The translations under genes and the position numbers were made by a program. A stretch of DNA of 64,000 nucleotides, from contig NC_092670.1 of the NCBI RefSeq assembly GCF_964355755.1, forward strand, positions 25,902,795 through 25,966,794, in the 5' to 3' direction. Under the pieces are notes generated by a model that did no database searches, had not been told where the DNA came from, and saw only the letters and a program-made list of their open reading frames with translations. Shown here one piece after another: positions 50,301 to 62,383 of this stretch. This DNA is from Antedon mediterranea. Lineage: Eukaryota; Animalia; Echinodermata. Numbering within the stretch: position 1 is the first letter of the stretch; every line of letters begins with the position of its first letter.

Positions 50301-53300
50301 GTGTTAGAATAATTTGATTCTATATTGCTTATATTTGATTATTGTTACTGTATGACTGTCAATCCAAAGTCTAATTTCATGATTTAAAAAATGAGTAAAA
50401 ATCCCAACAGTGATATGCAAATAAAATAAAATAAAGTTTGCAAATCTACTATTACATTTTGTTTGTGGAATTAAAAATGTGTAGTGCTGCCCCTCACATA
50501 GTATGGTCTATTTTTTATTTAAAAAAAAACCCAAACCATTATTGTTTGAAGGGCTGCACTACACATTTTTAATTCCACAAAAAAAATACTGTATTTGCTT
50601 TTAGGATAAAACAAAAGAAATATTGCCATGCATTTTATAGCATTGAAAATTACAAAACAGGATAACAAAATCTTTAGTTTGTATAATTTGGAAATATACT
50701 GTAGTACATATACAACAAATCACTAAAAAAAACCTAAATAAAAAGTAGAGCATATTGAAAGCTGTAGTGAGAATTGAATAGGGAGCTTTCGATTTGCGAT
50801 GACCTACTGTAGGACCTACACATATTCAGCTGTTGGTCATCATTTGGACCTAAAATCCCGCAAACTATGTCAAACATCCATATGTCTCTACATGATCAAA
50901 AAATCAAAAGCTCCTTAATATTGCTTGTTGCAATGGATATTCTCTATAAATATGATTATGTTAAAAGCTATAATTTTAGGCATTGTTAAAAAATAAAACA
51001 GTAATAATAGGTAAATACAAAATTAAGGAAGATGGAAGCAAAATCAATCTTGCAATAATTAGTAGAGCAATATGCTAGTTAGATATACACTAACACTTTA
51101 AAACAGCTCTTCTAACAAAAAAACAATATTGTGTGAAGTGTCTGCCGGAGTATTATTATAAGTTTTTCAGGAGAACATTGTGTGGTTATTATTGTTTTAT
51201 TTCACACAAAACCAGCTCATAAATGATTGACTAGCACAACCAACAGTGTCCCCCTGACAAACGTCACGGAAAGTTTTGAAAAAATAAATGCTTATACACA
51301 CTGTTATAGGGATCCTCAATTACAAGATACTGTTTCCATCACATTTAATAACAAATTGTTACATAATGTAAATTTAAATTTAAATAACTCCTTCCTAATA
51401 CGGATCTTTTTCGATGAATTTAATAAACTTTGATCGAAAAACATGATTGAAATGCGGTATGCCCAAGTTGCCCTCGATATGGTGCATATGTGTAAGTCTG
51501 TTAACCTCATATATATACTGTTTTTAGAGTGTGATGAAGTCATTCACAGGTAGAGCAAGTTAGATGCTGGTAGTAGGAGGAGTGCAACATCTGTTTTGAA
51601 AATAGCTCAGTTGTGGGTATTCCCAAAGATTTTAAATCCAGTTTTCTTGACTTCATAAATAGTTAATATATAACTCTTAGCTCTTTCATTATCCCTAGTA
51701 AGGTCTAGACTTCTTAAGCTTAGTTAAAAGAGTCCGGTTCATCAAATCCATTTCTTGCGGGTTGGTTGTATGATTTTTTTTAATTTTTAAGAGGAATGCT
51801 ACCATCACCCCTAGATCCGCCACTACAACCCCTTCGATAAACTCACTTTTTAAAAAGTGAAAGTATCATCTTATTCTCTTCTTCTCGTACATGTAATGTA
51901 AAATGGATTATCATTTTATTTGTTCCAACTCTAATTAAAGATGCCAAAAAATCAGGTTAGGAGTAGTGGGAGAACAGATATCCTAATAATCCCTTCTGAT
52001 CACTCTAAGCTCTGTTGACACTTTATTTTTTGCTTTGTATTGAAATGGTGGCTCTTTTTCTAAATTTCAAATTTATATAAAATAGGCATAAAATCAGAAC
52101 TAAATAAAGATAGATGCATGATCTTGGTGTCTAAACACATGTATTTTGTATAAATGAATGTATATTCGAAATGATTACTACCTTGCCACACAAACTTCTA
52201 TAACGACTGACTAGGTGGATTTCCTTGTTTTTCAACACAAAACACAAATCTCTTCAAGATTTCATCAAATACAACACTTTTTTAAACATTGTGTCAGTAG
52301 CAATCAAAAGAAGTCAAAAAATATATCTTGAACAGAGATAATAAAAAAAAAGCTTTTTGAAGTTTGTGAGCAAAGTCTGGTTGTGGACTCCCTAAAAAGA
52401 AAATGAAACTAAAAACATTCAGAAGCTTGACAGTGCGTCTAAAATGCTGTAAACATAAAAAAACTCTTGGTCACTTCTAACAATCTCACTCCTTAAATTG
52501 GTTCCTAGGCTTGGCGATATGACTACAAAATGGCAGTCACTATCAGCATTGAAAGATTGCTTCTCATCTCGAAACATCCAAGAAGCAAAATGTCTAACCA
52601 AGCAACAGGAACCAAACACTCAAATTGTTATCTATGACCATGTAATAATGTATGGCCGGCAGTAGTTCAATGTATGAGAAACAAATATATATGGAAATGT
52701 TTCAAGAAGAACATGCATTAGGAAATAAAATGGATTTTGCAATTCATGATGAGGCATAAATGGTACAAAAGTTGTTCAATAATCAACCACTCCTTGTCTT
52801 AATGGCGACAAGGATGACACAATAATTACTCTGCATGGTATTGATGTAATTAAGGATGTTTTAATACTCTTTTGGAGCTCCAGTTTCTTATCAGGAAAAA
52901 AGTATAGCAATTTTTAGTATTCCAGGAAAATTTCAGTGAAGTGGATAGGAGGAATGAATACAGTACAATGAATTTCTACTGATCACAACTGGGCCCTCTG
53001 GGAGACTAGTTTTTCAATTTCAAATAATGTTGTTTATATATAAAATATATTAAAACCAATTGTGAATTAGAAATTAGATATTCAAGAAACTAAAGTGATA
53101 ACAATTGCCGATACATGCTGAAATAAATAATGCTTTACATAAAATTTATGTTTATTTGGCAACTAGTAAAAATTGCTGTCGGACATGACTGCGCCCTACA
53201 CACGCTTGCATGTTTTAGCTTTCGGGAATTCCCTTTTACTGTGCGTAAAAATACTTAGAGTGATGGTCACAGAGAAGAGACGTATGTACGAAGGATCAAG

Positions 53301-56300
53301 TAATTAAGCAGGTAATTAGAACTCCCTATATAAGCAGGCCTAGAATAACCATACTAATCATAATTTTATGTATGGCACTTTTAACTAATCTATTTAATAT
53401 TATTGTTGTACAATTTGGACCCAGGAGAAAAACGCAGTAATCAAGCAAATTGTCGACCTTCTCTCCACACACACACACATCACCACCACTCCACATCACG
53501 CATGGCGAATGTCGTCAGGAAAGCAATGCATGCACAGTAAAATTTAATTGAAAATACACTAGAAGCGGCTAGATTATTAGCTATTTTATGAGACAATCTT
53601 GTTATTTTCTAGGCCTATTTAGTAATAAAAGTAACATTTGCCTGCTGGCTATACTACAGAATAGGCATATGCCTAGTCTAGTTTGACCCAAACCCTATGA
53701 ACCACCTGGCTACAGGTTTGTTCCGGTCATTTTTTCACTAACCATTTCATCATGTTAAAACCGTTAAATATTGTATGGTTTAGTGAGCCTGTACAATTTC
53801 TAGGAATTCATGTAGGTTATGATATACAGTAGAAGTGTATGAATTGGGGAAAAAAATTACAAACCTATAACAATATATCAAACCTATAGAAACGACAGAA
53901 TTTTAGCTTTTTTGGTAAAATTACTATTATAAAAACACAACAATATTGAAAACAAAGAACCAACAACAACAGAAACAAAGAAACACAAAATGAATTACAA
54001 AACACAGTCTAAGAGAGAGAGAGAATATATATACACCTACTTCATCTATGAAAACACGATCAGTAAGAGCTAGAAAAGCTCCAGCAAAATTAATTTGTTG
54101 ATTATCATATTGAACTATAAAGTTTGGTTTTTTTCGCAGACATTTATATTTGACAAGTTAAAAATGTTGATTTTTAGACATTTGATTAGAGCTGATATTA
54201 ATATTAACACAAAAACAATGACTACACAAAGCGAATCACACAGCTTTCATTTAATTATAACATTTAATTACAACTATTCAAGCAGCTAATAGACAGCTAC
54301 TCTGGTAGTAGTTTATCATTTAAAAATGTGATGATATATATATATATATATGTATATTGTTTATTGTTTGTTTGTAGGACAGAGGTGGGGAGGTGGAGTT
54401 CATTTGAAAGAGGTGCTTATTCGAGGGATACCTTAAATTTTTTAGTTTTAATAATATGGTAATATTTATGATCAAATAAAATCCTCCAATAGAGTGGTAA
54501 AAAAGAACAAAAATGCTTGGTAAATTGTAGATAAAAGTCTGATGAATTTTACTACAAATAGTATAATTGTGTTATAAATATAATACAAAATGCGATTATT
54601 ATTCTAAGTGATGTTTTATTGGGGATGCGTTTAATCAAATAAATAAATTGGTATAATTAATACATTATTTAGTTTAAACATCTTTTAAAACTAACTTTTA
54701 ACGCATAAGAAATGTTTTTCTCTGGTAAACATAGTAAAGTTCATGTAATTCCTGGGTGGAATGACCATGTCTCTGAGATGATGAATAATATTGCCAGAGA
54801 GGCCTTTATTTATGGCGGTATAATAATAAACCCAGACATGGACCACTTAATGACGCCATGCGCATTACTATGGGTAGGTTTAAATATGCTTCGTGCTGAT
54901 TCAATGGTCAAATCGTTATGTCGATTTCTGGCAAAAAGTAAACAAAAATAAATCATATAAGTCCCTTGTGTTGTTGGTGAAGAGAATATCTGGGATGATC
55001 ATTTTGAGAATATTTTTTAACTGTGTTTATAATAATGCTCACAAGATTAGGAATATTAAGATTGACCCCTATTGTGACGTTACTATTGGAATAATCAAGT
55101 GTATCCATAAGTTATCTCTTGAAAAGTCAGCTGGTAATGATGATGGTCTTGCAGCTGAACATCTACTTCTAGCAAGTAGCCGTTTGCATGTTTTACTTAG
55201 CCGTGTTTCAATCTAATACTTAAACATGGGCATATGCCCGAGGAGCTGGCTAAAGTTAATATTTTACCTATTGTTAAAGTAAAGTAAATCTGATTATACT
55301 GCTTCAAAAAGTAATTATAGGCCTATTGCACTTGCAAATATCATCTCTAAGGTTCTTGAGAATGTTATGATTGACTTCTCAGGTGGGAACTTGAATTCTG
55401 GAGATAATCAGTTTTCGTTTAAAGCTGCCCATCCACTGACAAATTGTGGAGTATTATAATCGTAATTCCAATCCGGTTTTTGCTTGTTTTATCGTTGCAT
55501 CCAAGGTGTTTGATAGAGCCAATCACTATACACCACACACAGGAAATTTATTGAGAGGAATATACCTTAAACCATTGTCAGGATGTTTGTTTCATGGTAC
55601 AGAGGTTTAGTATTAGATGGGGAAATACGTTATCTAGATGGTTCACAGTTACCAATGGTGTGAGACAAGGAGGAATTATGTCACCTATCTTGTACAACAT
55701 CTATATTGATGATCTCAATACTGCCCTTAATAACTTTAATGTGGGTTGTAGTATTGATGGTACCCGCATTAATAATTTAGGCTATGCAGATGATATGACT
55801 TGCTCTCTCACTGGGCTGCAGCAGCTTATAGGCTATGCAGATGATATGACTTGCTCTCTCACTGGGCTGCAGCAGCTTATAGGAAATGGCATTGACATTT
55901 GTTTTTGGAGGGTATACATTGCTTTGATGGCGACCGTCACAGTTCACACAAGATTTTTCATTAGTCGCCAATTGGTATGTTTCATTAATTTTCGGCAAGA
56001 TCAAACCACATAACTCATAACCATGTGACATCAAACACACACACTCACTAGTAACTACTGTAGATGCTTTGGTCTCTGTAACTTGATACAGCACAGATAT
56101 CGACGCTTAAACCGAAATGAAAATGCTGCTTCTGTTTTTTATTTCTATTGTATACTGTATACTTATTGCACTTACTATCGAGACTGTGCCTCTGATATTA
56201 AAGAGATACAATCAAGTTAAGTTCATGAGTTTAGAGACTGATCATACTTTGGTATTAAGTACATTAGACATGAAAATAAATTTGAAATTAATAGATAAAA

Positions 56301-59300
56301 TATATATTTAAGTCTAAGATAGGTTTTGGGATTTAAGTATTAAAAGTCAAGTATACAAAACCAAATTTACATTTTAAACTCCACAAGATACAACACTATA
56401 CACCCTGTTCATGTATTCATTATATTTATATTTTATATAATATTGTATATCATTAATTTTTTTATTAGTTTTTAAAAATGTGTAATCTCACACATACAAA
56501 AAAGAGAAAGCAACAATAAGCAATATAACATGACCACCTGGATCTGCAAGGCATGACAAATTAATATGGATATATATACTGTACAAATCAAATACATACT
56601 GTACACAAATATTGAAATATAAAATGATCTTTAACAACAAAAACATAGTCCTAACAGATACAAACAAATTATCAAAAGGCATTATTACCTGAGTTTGCGT
56701 CCTCCCCTTGGCCTTTCAGACTGTGATGATAAAACGCTCATTGTACTTGCAGACGTCAATGCTGACATGTCACTCAAAGTGGACATGTTGCTATCTGAAG
56801 ATTTAATAGATATGTTGTCAGGACTTTGCTTTCGCTGGCGACTTCTAGAATAGTGGGGATCAGGGACAGGGTTGCTGTACAAACCCCCGTTGCCATGTGG
56901 GGAGAGAGAGTTGACGGACGCTGCCTGCTTGTACTGGTTCATTTTCATCTTTATCTCCATTTGTTTGGCGCTTTCTGAGGGGGGAATTTAAAAAGGTTAC
57001 GAGAGAGAATAGCAGCATCTGTGCGCTGGTTATCTTTATAATCTAAATACTTGACACAAATAGGTGCAAATGACGTGCAAAGAAGAAGGGGTGCTTCAAA
57101 ATCTAAAGAGAAACAGAAATCAAGTGAATGGGAGGATGAGCTACATGAGAAATTACAGACATATATTACACAATACCTGATGTATATTCTGAAATGAAAA
57201 TCTTACAGTAATGATAGCAGTTGAAGTTGAATAAATACAACATGTTTATCTAAACACCTCATTTTAGGCCATCTGGTAAAAATCCTATCGTTCTATCCCG
57301 TTCCGATTTAACAAGAATAGATGAACTTCTCATAATAATTATGTTAAAAGTTTAAAAGTGATAACACAAAGTTTTACCCAAAAAATTTGAGATATAAGAG
57401 CAAATTACATTCAAACGTCCGTAATTTAAATTTGTTTTACTGGTTTTAACATTTTTTAAATTTTTTATTAATGAATTTTATTCCTTTAGTATTATATTTA
57501 TACTTATATTTAAATCTTTAAATAATCAAAATAATACATAAATGAATTAATAATAGTCAAAAAATAGATTAAAATATTTTAACCTAATTGTAGTTCGACA
57601 AATATTTACGATTTGATGTAGTGCCTATACAATAACAACATGGCGTCAACATGGCGTCGATTACGGAACAAACGTTTCTCTCTAAGGGTTCCAATAAAAT
57701 ATTGTTTCCACCATGAAAGCAGTGTTTAGAAACCACATTAAAAATTATGGATTTTAGATTTAATAAGGTTGTTGCTTGTACCAGATTGTGGATGGTATTT
57801 TAAAATACTATATCAAGATTTTCTAGGTTTTATAGTGTTTTCTTTAAATTAACACCTAAAAATGAATTAAAGTACAGTATTATTTATCAAAAATTATATG
57901 CATCTCTGTATCAAATCTGCCAATACAAGAAAGAAGGAAAAATATTTTTTAAATACTATATCAACATTGTTTAGGTTTTATAGTGTTTTCTTAATTAAAG
58001 AACGAAAGAAATAATAAAGAACTAAATTACAGTATTGCCTATTTATTAGCATTTATATCAAACAGAAACAACAATTATATTGTATACTGTATTTTTATCC
58101 AAACATTTTAGGGTATGTTTAGACTCACAGTGTTCAGACTCATGGTTTTCAAACACAACAATCAAGATTCCAATGCATTTGTGTTAAAACTCTCTGATCA
58201 TTAGGTCTAAGCAGATATAATGATGCATACATTCATGACAAACGCATTACAGTTAATATTGTAAAGTAGTTTTTTGTTATTTTTTAAATATAATGTTACC
58301 TTCAAATTATACTGATTTGTTTTTACTACTTGCAGAATTGCATTCTAATTCAAACATTATTATTACATGGACAATTATCTGATTATTGTATTTAATTTAT
58401 AAAAATATCATATTGCTGACATCAACTGTATAAGGCCTACTGTTCTTTTAAATTGAAAACTTGTTAGTTTGATGTTTAGATATCTCGCTGTACAGGTTTG
58501 CTGTTGGCCTTTTAACTGCGGTCGTTTCTTTTCATGGTTTAAGGTTAAAATCACTGATGCATCACTGGATTAGCATTATTAAATCTACCCTCTCCTGCTA
58601 GGGTCATTAATGCTACTGGCGCGGCATAGCAGCTTCCTAACGCTAATCCGCGGCCTAAATATGTATGCCGCTTATATAACACCTTAACGCAGTTAATCTG
58701 AACATACCCTTAGTTGAATTGTGGTCTTCACATAGTTTAATCATAAATACTTGCAGTGTTTATAATTAAATATCTGATATAACTACTAAGTAGCTTTCGT
58801 CTGTTCGATAACTTTAAATGACGTGATTTAAATTGAACTGAGACGATTTGACATGTTACAACGTAACGAAGTACAATTAACACCTTACACGTCCGGACTT
58901 TCAGCCTATGACTTTGGCGAGATGTTTTTGGTTTTGCTGCCTAGCGTTGACGTTTAATCGAGGTAAAGTATGTTTTACTGAACGATATTTTGGTAAAACT
59001 TTTTATTTTTATATAATATACAGAACACATTAATAGATTAACCTCGGCCCAATTTGAACACATTAATAGATTAACCTAGGCCCAATTTGAACACATTAAT
59101 AGATTAACCTAGGCCCAATTTGAACACATTAATAGATTAACCTAGGCCCAATTTGAACACATTAATAGATTAACCTAGGCCCAATTTGAACACATTAATA
59201 GATTAACCTAGGCCCAATTTGAACACATTAATAGATTAACCTAGGCCCAATTTGAACACATCAATAGATTAACCTAGGCCCAATTTGAACACATTAATAG

Positions 59301-62069
59301 ATTAACCTAGGCCCAATTTGAACACATTAATAGATTAACCAAGGCCCAATTTGAACACATTAATAGATTAACCTAGGCCCAATTTGTTATTCAAAGTGAT
59401 TTCTAGCTGCTTCTATGCCTTCACCCGATGGCTTATTTCACAAATATCTTTTATGAACAATACACTATAATTACATTCAGTATAAGGAAGTTTTACATGG
59501 CATTTGTCCATCATTATATCTACAATGCTGAATCTATTGTGTTACATTTTGTTTTGATCCAATTGTATACATAGTGTAAGTTTGTACAATTTTACTTTTT
59601 TAAATTTTTTTATTCAATTTATTTATTTTTCTATTTAATTGGTTCTCTAGGTTATTCCTTAGTGGAAGATCTTTTAAAGAGTAGTCACTATATGGATGGA
59701 TTTACGCCAATGTTTGTAAACGTATTTTGGTCCCTGGATGGAACATGATATATCATGCGTAAACCCCAATGTTGAACGTATCATACAAAGGACACTGCCA
59801 GACAAGTGTGTACCTATTGTTTAGATCGCTGGCAATAATGCAGGCATATAAAGTTTAATAGCCCTCTGCTTTAGTCACGTGTCGAAAAAGATGAAAATCC
59901 AATTTTTTTAAAATTCAGATCCATCATGAAGAGCTATAATCGATTTACACAAATTTTCATATAATTACCCATTTTCAAGCCCACGAATTTGTTTGACGTG
60001 TACTTGTCATTATTTTACATTCATAATTCATCAAAAATTAAAGGAATTTATCATAAAGGTATAAGAACAAAAATCAAACTGCAAAAACGCTCTTTTAATG
60101 CTACGTGCGACTGGACAAAATTTGAAAATGTGAAATGCTTAAAATGTCCGGATTTAGCGACCATATTTTCATTATACCAAAGTCATGTGCACAACTACAT
60201 ATATATGTGCATCTTCCAAGTTACAGCTGAACTTCTTTTTTAGAGATCTGCGAGACACAAAAAATGAGCAGAAAAAATGAAATTCTTGAAAATAACAATA
60301 GGCTATAGCGATAGTCTATTGTTATTGTCAAGAATTTCATTTTAATAATACACAAATAAAAAAGATCTCATACAATTTAACAAGAGTTAACTAATAAATT
60401 CCTGTGTATGATCCGAACTTCAGCTATATCTGTTGGATTGCAAGTAAAGAATTTTATAAAAGAAAACAAAATTTTAAATGAATGTCAATCAGGATTTAAA
60501 GAAGGCCATTCCACAGAAACCTGTTTGATTATAAACCTTTTAGATCATATTAAATAACAATCAGTGCAAGGTAAATTCACTGGTATGACTATCACAGGGA
60601 CTATCCTGGATATATAAGGAAGGCTTTCGATTGTGTTAATTTTGATATTTTGCTAAAAAAGGTAACTTGTATTGGTTTTGAAGATATAAGTTGGTATCAA
60701 TCTTATCTCACCAACCGAAAAAAATGTGTTGAATTGAATGGTTGCATTTCTGATATTCTAATCATGTCTTTCGGGGTCAGGTCATTTTTTTTCAGGCAGG
60801 GAAGTTTGCTTGGTCCTCTGCTTGTCCTCATATACATTAAAGATTTCAGTACAAAATGCTCCAGAATTGTAACAAGTAAGAATAGTTTTCAGCTCAAAAT
60901 GCAAATTCAAAAATGTTGAAGATTTTTCTAAAAATGCAATAATAAGTTACTATCCCAAACAAATCGTTGATTAAATATATAGGAATTAAGATCGACCAAC
61001 ATGGTTAAGGTTAAGGTTAAACTATAATAAATGCAATTCTCATCTTTCAACTTTTCATTCATTTAAAATTCTTTATACTTTAGAGCATACAATATTGCAA
61101 ATGTCAAGTTACATCTAAACTTACCTCGTTCACTCCTTCCCAGAACATAGGATGGAACTTGTGGTAGTTGCCGTGATCTTTTCTGTCCAGTTGGTGATGA
61201 GGTCGGACTTGTCCTTGGGCTTCCTCGTGGACTCTCACTAGGACTCATCCTTTCCATATTTCCTCTTACCATTGTAACCCTTATCGGTGAACCAGGTAAA
61301 CTAGATCCTTCATTCCTCATTCGTGATTTATGCATATGGCGATATGGTCTATCGTATGTGTATTCCCTTACTTCTGACTGGCTTCTCCTTTCCCCATCAG
61401 GAAAGTATCCATTAGCTCTTCGATTAGGTGATCTAGACCTTCTTGAATCTCTGTAATCATATTCAAATTGTCTTGATGATTGCTCTCTCCTGCTTTCTCT
61501 GGATGGAGAAGATTCCCTTCTTCTATCTCTAGATGGTGATGCATCTCTTCTTCGGCCCTCTCTTGATGGTGATGGATCCCTGAATCTTCGCTCTTGAGCA
61601 GGTTCCATAAGCCTTTGACGCGAAGGTGAATAGTCTCTAGTCCTGTAGTGGGGATCTCTAGCTGGGGAATAACTACGGTGTCTCTGTTCCATCTCTGGTG
61701 TGAAATCTCTTCTCAGTTGACGTTCATGAGGTGGACTCAGATCCACTGAATGCAGAGGCTCTCCACTAGGATTGTAATCTAGCCCACTTTCATCTTGGCA
61801 TTCTAAGGAGTAGCTCCTACGTGGCTGGTGGTTGGTTAAGTATTCCTGCATCCTCGATGGAAGATAATTCTGTGGACTGGGATCACGACTAGGAGAAGCA
61901 TCCCTTCGTCTAGGAGGAAGTGTATAATCACCCATGATTCCTGGTCTACGTTGCCGTGTGGGAGATGAACCTCCGAGTAGCCTCTCATCATTATTTGGTA
62001 ACAGTAACTGAGTTCCTGGATCATTGTCATCTGCTAATGAACTCAGTCCATCATGAGCTACTGAACCCA
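35168..62069 (-). CDS. RIMS2: RIM / regulating synaptic membrane exocytosis protein (RIMS1/2, unc-10 ortholog), spliced, 5'-incomplete
   Basis: Exons join in frame. Motifs: KRSRQLPQVP (RIM-BP-binding PxxP), SSQSERPRG, SDGSISD, STIQRSEE, QASRESTDGS, DFLDGLGPSQLVGRQVLGTPALGDIQL, and C2B (APWVKLYL...VWGDY...IGWYKLF). The symbol is approximate because invertebrates typically have one RIM gene. Confidence 0.95.
36697..36836 (-). CDS. RIMS2: RIM C2B exon (PWVKLYLMDG...GKVLR)
   Basis: ctttcag acceptor, gtaagt donor. Confidence 0.94.
37634..37845 (-). CDS. RIMS2: RIM exon (VWMPR...DGLGPSQLVGRQ...KILP)
   Basis: ttcacag acceptor, gtcagt donor. Confidence 0.95.
38671..38812 (-). CDS. RIMS2: RIM exon (GKKRSTIQRSEE...RESTDGS...)
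   Basis: atgtag acceptor, gtaagt donor. Confidence 0.92.
38958..39187 (-). CDS. RIMS2: RIM exon (DLKAKMEER...SDGSISDSA...STSNLT)
   Basis: ttttaaag acceptor, gtttgt donor; phases fit neighbours. Confidence 0.9.
39440..39800 (+). mobile_element. Penelope 3' fragment (GIY-YIG tail plus degenerate hammerhead)
   Basis: ITDH...PNWD...[12 protein letters not shown]...MNRDEG; GCAA CTGAAGA a GTCAAGC...GCTTGAC AAAA ct GTC TTGC at 39717-39760. Confidence 0.85.
40270..42560 (-). mobile_element. Degraded CR1-type LINE containing a minisatellite
   Basis: [32 protein letters not shown]...FINDLP...LFADDTK; tcaaggta-type 3' tail. Confidence 0.9.
40972..41684. repeat. 79-bp minisatellite, about 9 copies
   Basis: Unit aataaagtattcatacatcaaattctttgaccca(a/t)aatgaatgactt(t/c)acacttggtcaa(a/t)ttaaacggtagctgccaa. 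Confidence 0.95.
42760..43290 (+). mobile_element. pogo/Tigger transposase (DDE) relic
   Basis: NTTSVI*PMDQGIVEPLKRRYKKHLL. Confidence 0.75.
45440..46655 (+). mobile_element. Degraded LINE RT and 3' end (L2/CR1 group)
   Basis: GVIQGSKLGPTLFLCFIND...LYADD, KYLGI...DNLKW; aataaa plus (ttgaa)n tail near 46630-46652. Confidence 0.75.
46950..48850 (+). mobile_element. Internally deleted RTE-clade LINE
   Basis: GVGFIV, FVDYEKAFDS, GVRQGDP.SPKLF, FADD, KKWRWAG.VARR.DNRWT...RGRQKMRW. Confidence 0.88.
49686..49715 (-). CDS. Candidate 30-nt RIM microexon (ISSCPERRP)
   Basis: ttttttcTGCatctag | 30 nt | gtaatt; phase 2-2 and stop-free in the RIM frame. Confidence 0.6.
54700..56080 (+). mobile_element. 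Degraded LINE RT with a 51-bp tandem duplication spanning YADD (55778-55883)
   Basis: IPGWND, NYRPIAL, GVRQGGIMSPILYNIYIDD, GYADDMTCSLTGLQQLI twice. Confidence 0.85.
56689..56974 (-). CDS. RIMS2: RIM exon (SAKQMEIKMKMNQYKQ...SQSERPRGGRKL)
   Basis: cccctcag acceptor, gtaata donor; resembles vertebrate QMKMKVHRFKQ...SEQSERPRG. Confidence 0.9.
57177..57188 (-). CDS. Candidate 12-nt RIM microexon (EYTS)
   Basis: ttttcatttcag | aatatacatcag | gtattg; phase 1-1. Confidence 0.4.
58708..58744 (-). CDS. Candidate alternative first coding exon of a short RIM isoform (MIKLCEDHNSTK)
   Basis: ATG plus 37 nt to AAGG|gtatgt, a phase-1 donor that matches the 56974 acceptor. Confidence 0.4.
59023..59385. 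repeat. 33-bp minisatellite, 11 copies
   Basis: Unit gaacacattaatagattaacctaggcccaattt, near-perfect, no spacers. Confidence 0.95.
60400..60860 (+). mobile_element. LINE RT relic
   Basis: QSGFKEGHSTETCL, KAFD, QGSLLGPLL. Confidence 0.75.
61125..62069 (-). CDS. RIMS2: RIM large Arg/Ser/Pro-rich exon ending near RQLPQVP
   Basis: 945-nt open exon, ttgacag acceptor, gtaagt donor, phase 1-1. Confidence 0.88.
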
Positions 62070-62383
62070 CTGTCAAATAAAAAGTAAAATTACAAATTAA
62101 CAGACATCCACATTTAATTGAATATTTAAAAGTGTAAAATACATGTACGGAAAATATATGCTGAAAGTGAAAGAAAAATGATTAATGATGTGCTCCTTGT
62201 AGATTACAGATATCATGCAAGAAAGATGCTTCATTATTGTGATAGACAAAAAATACAAAATTCCCATTATAAAATTAATAAAATAAAAAGCATCTTTCCA
62301 TAGAAGCTCTGCAAATTAATGGTTTGTAGGTAATATAGCCACATGATTTGTAATAACTGCCTAGTTTGTGTTATAAGGCAGTA

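Noticed and set aside
54037-54070. Microexon-like AG...GT signals in the RIM intron
   Set aside because: The 9-, 29- and 33-nt options contain TGA in the required phase, and the 5-nt option shifts frame
57000-57103. Upstream alternative acceptors for the 56974 RIM exon
   Set aside because: Extension runs out of frame into a stop, and the only in-phase donor would leave a 26-nt intron
59023-59385. 33-bp repeats resembling a CRISPR array
   Set aside because: Units are contiguous with no unique spacers, the context is eukaryotic, and there are no cas genes
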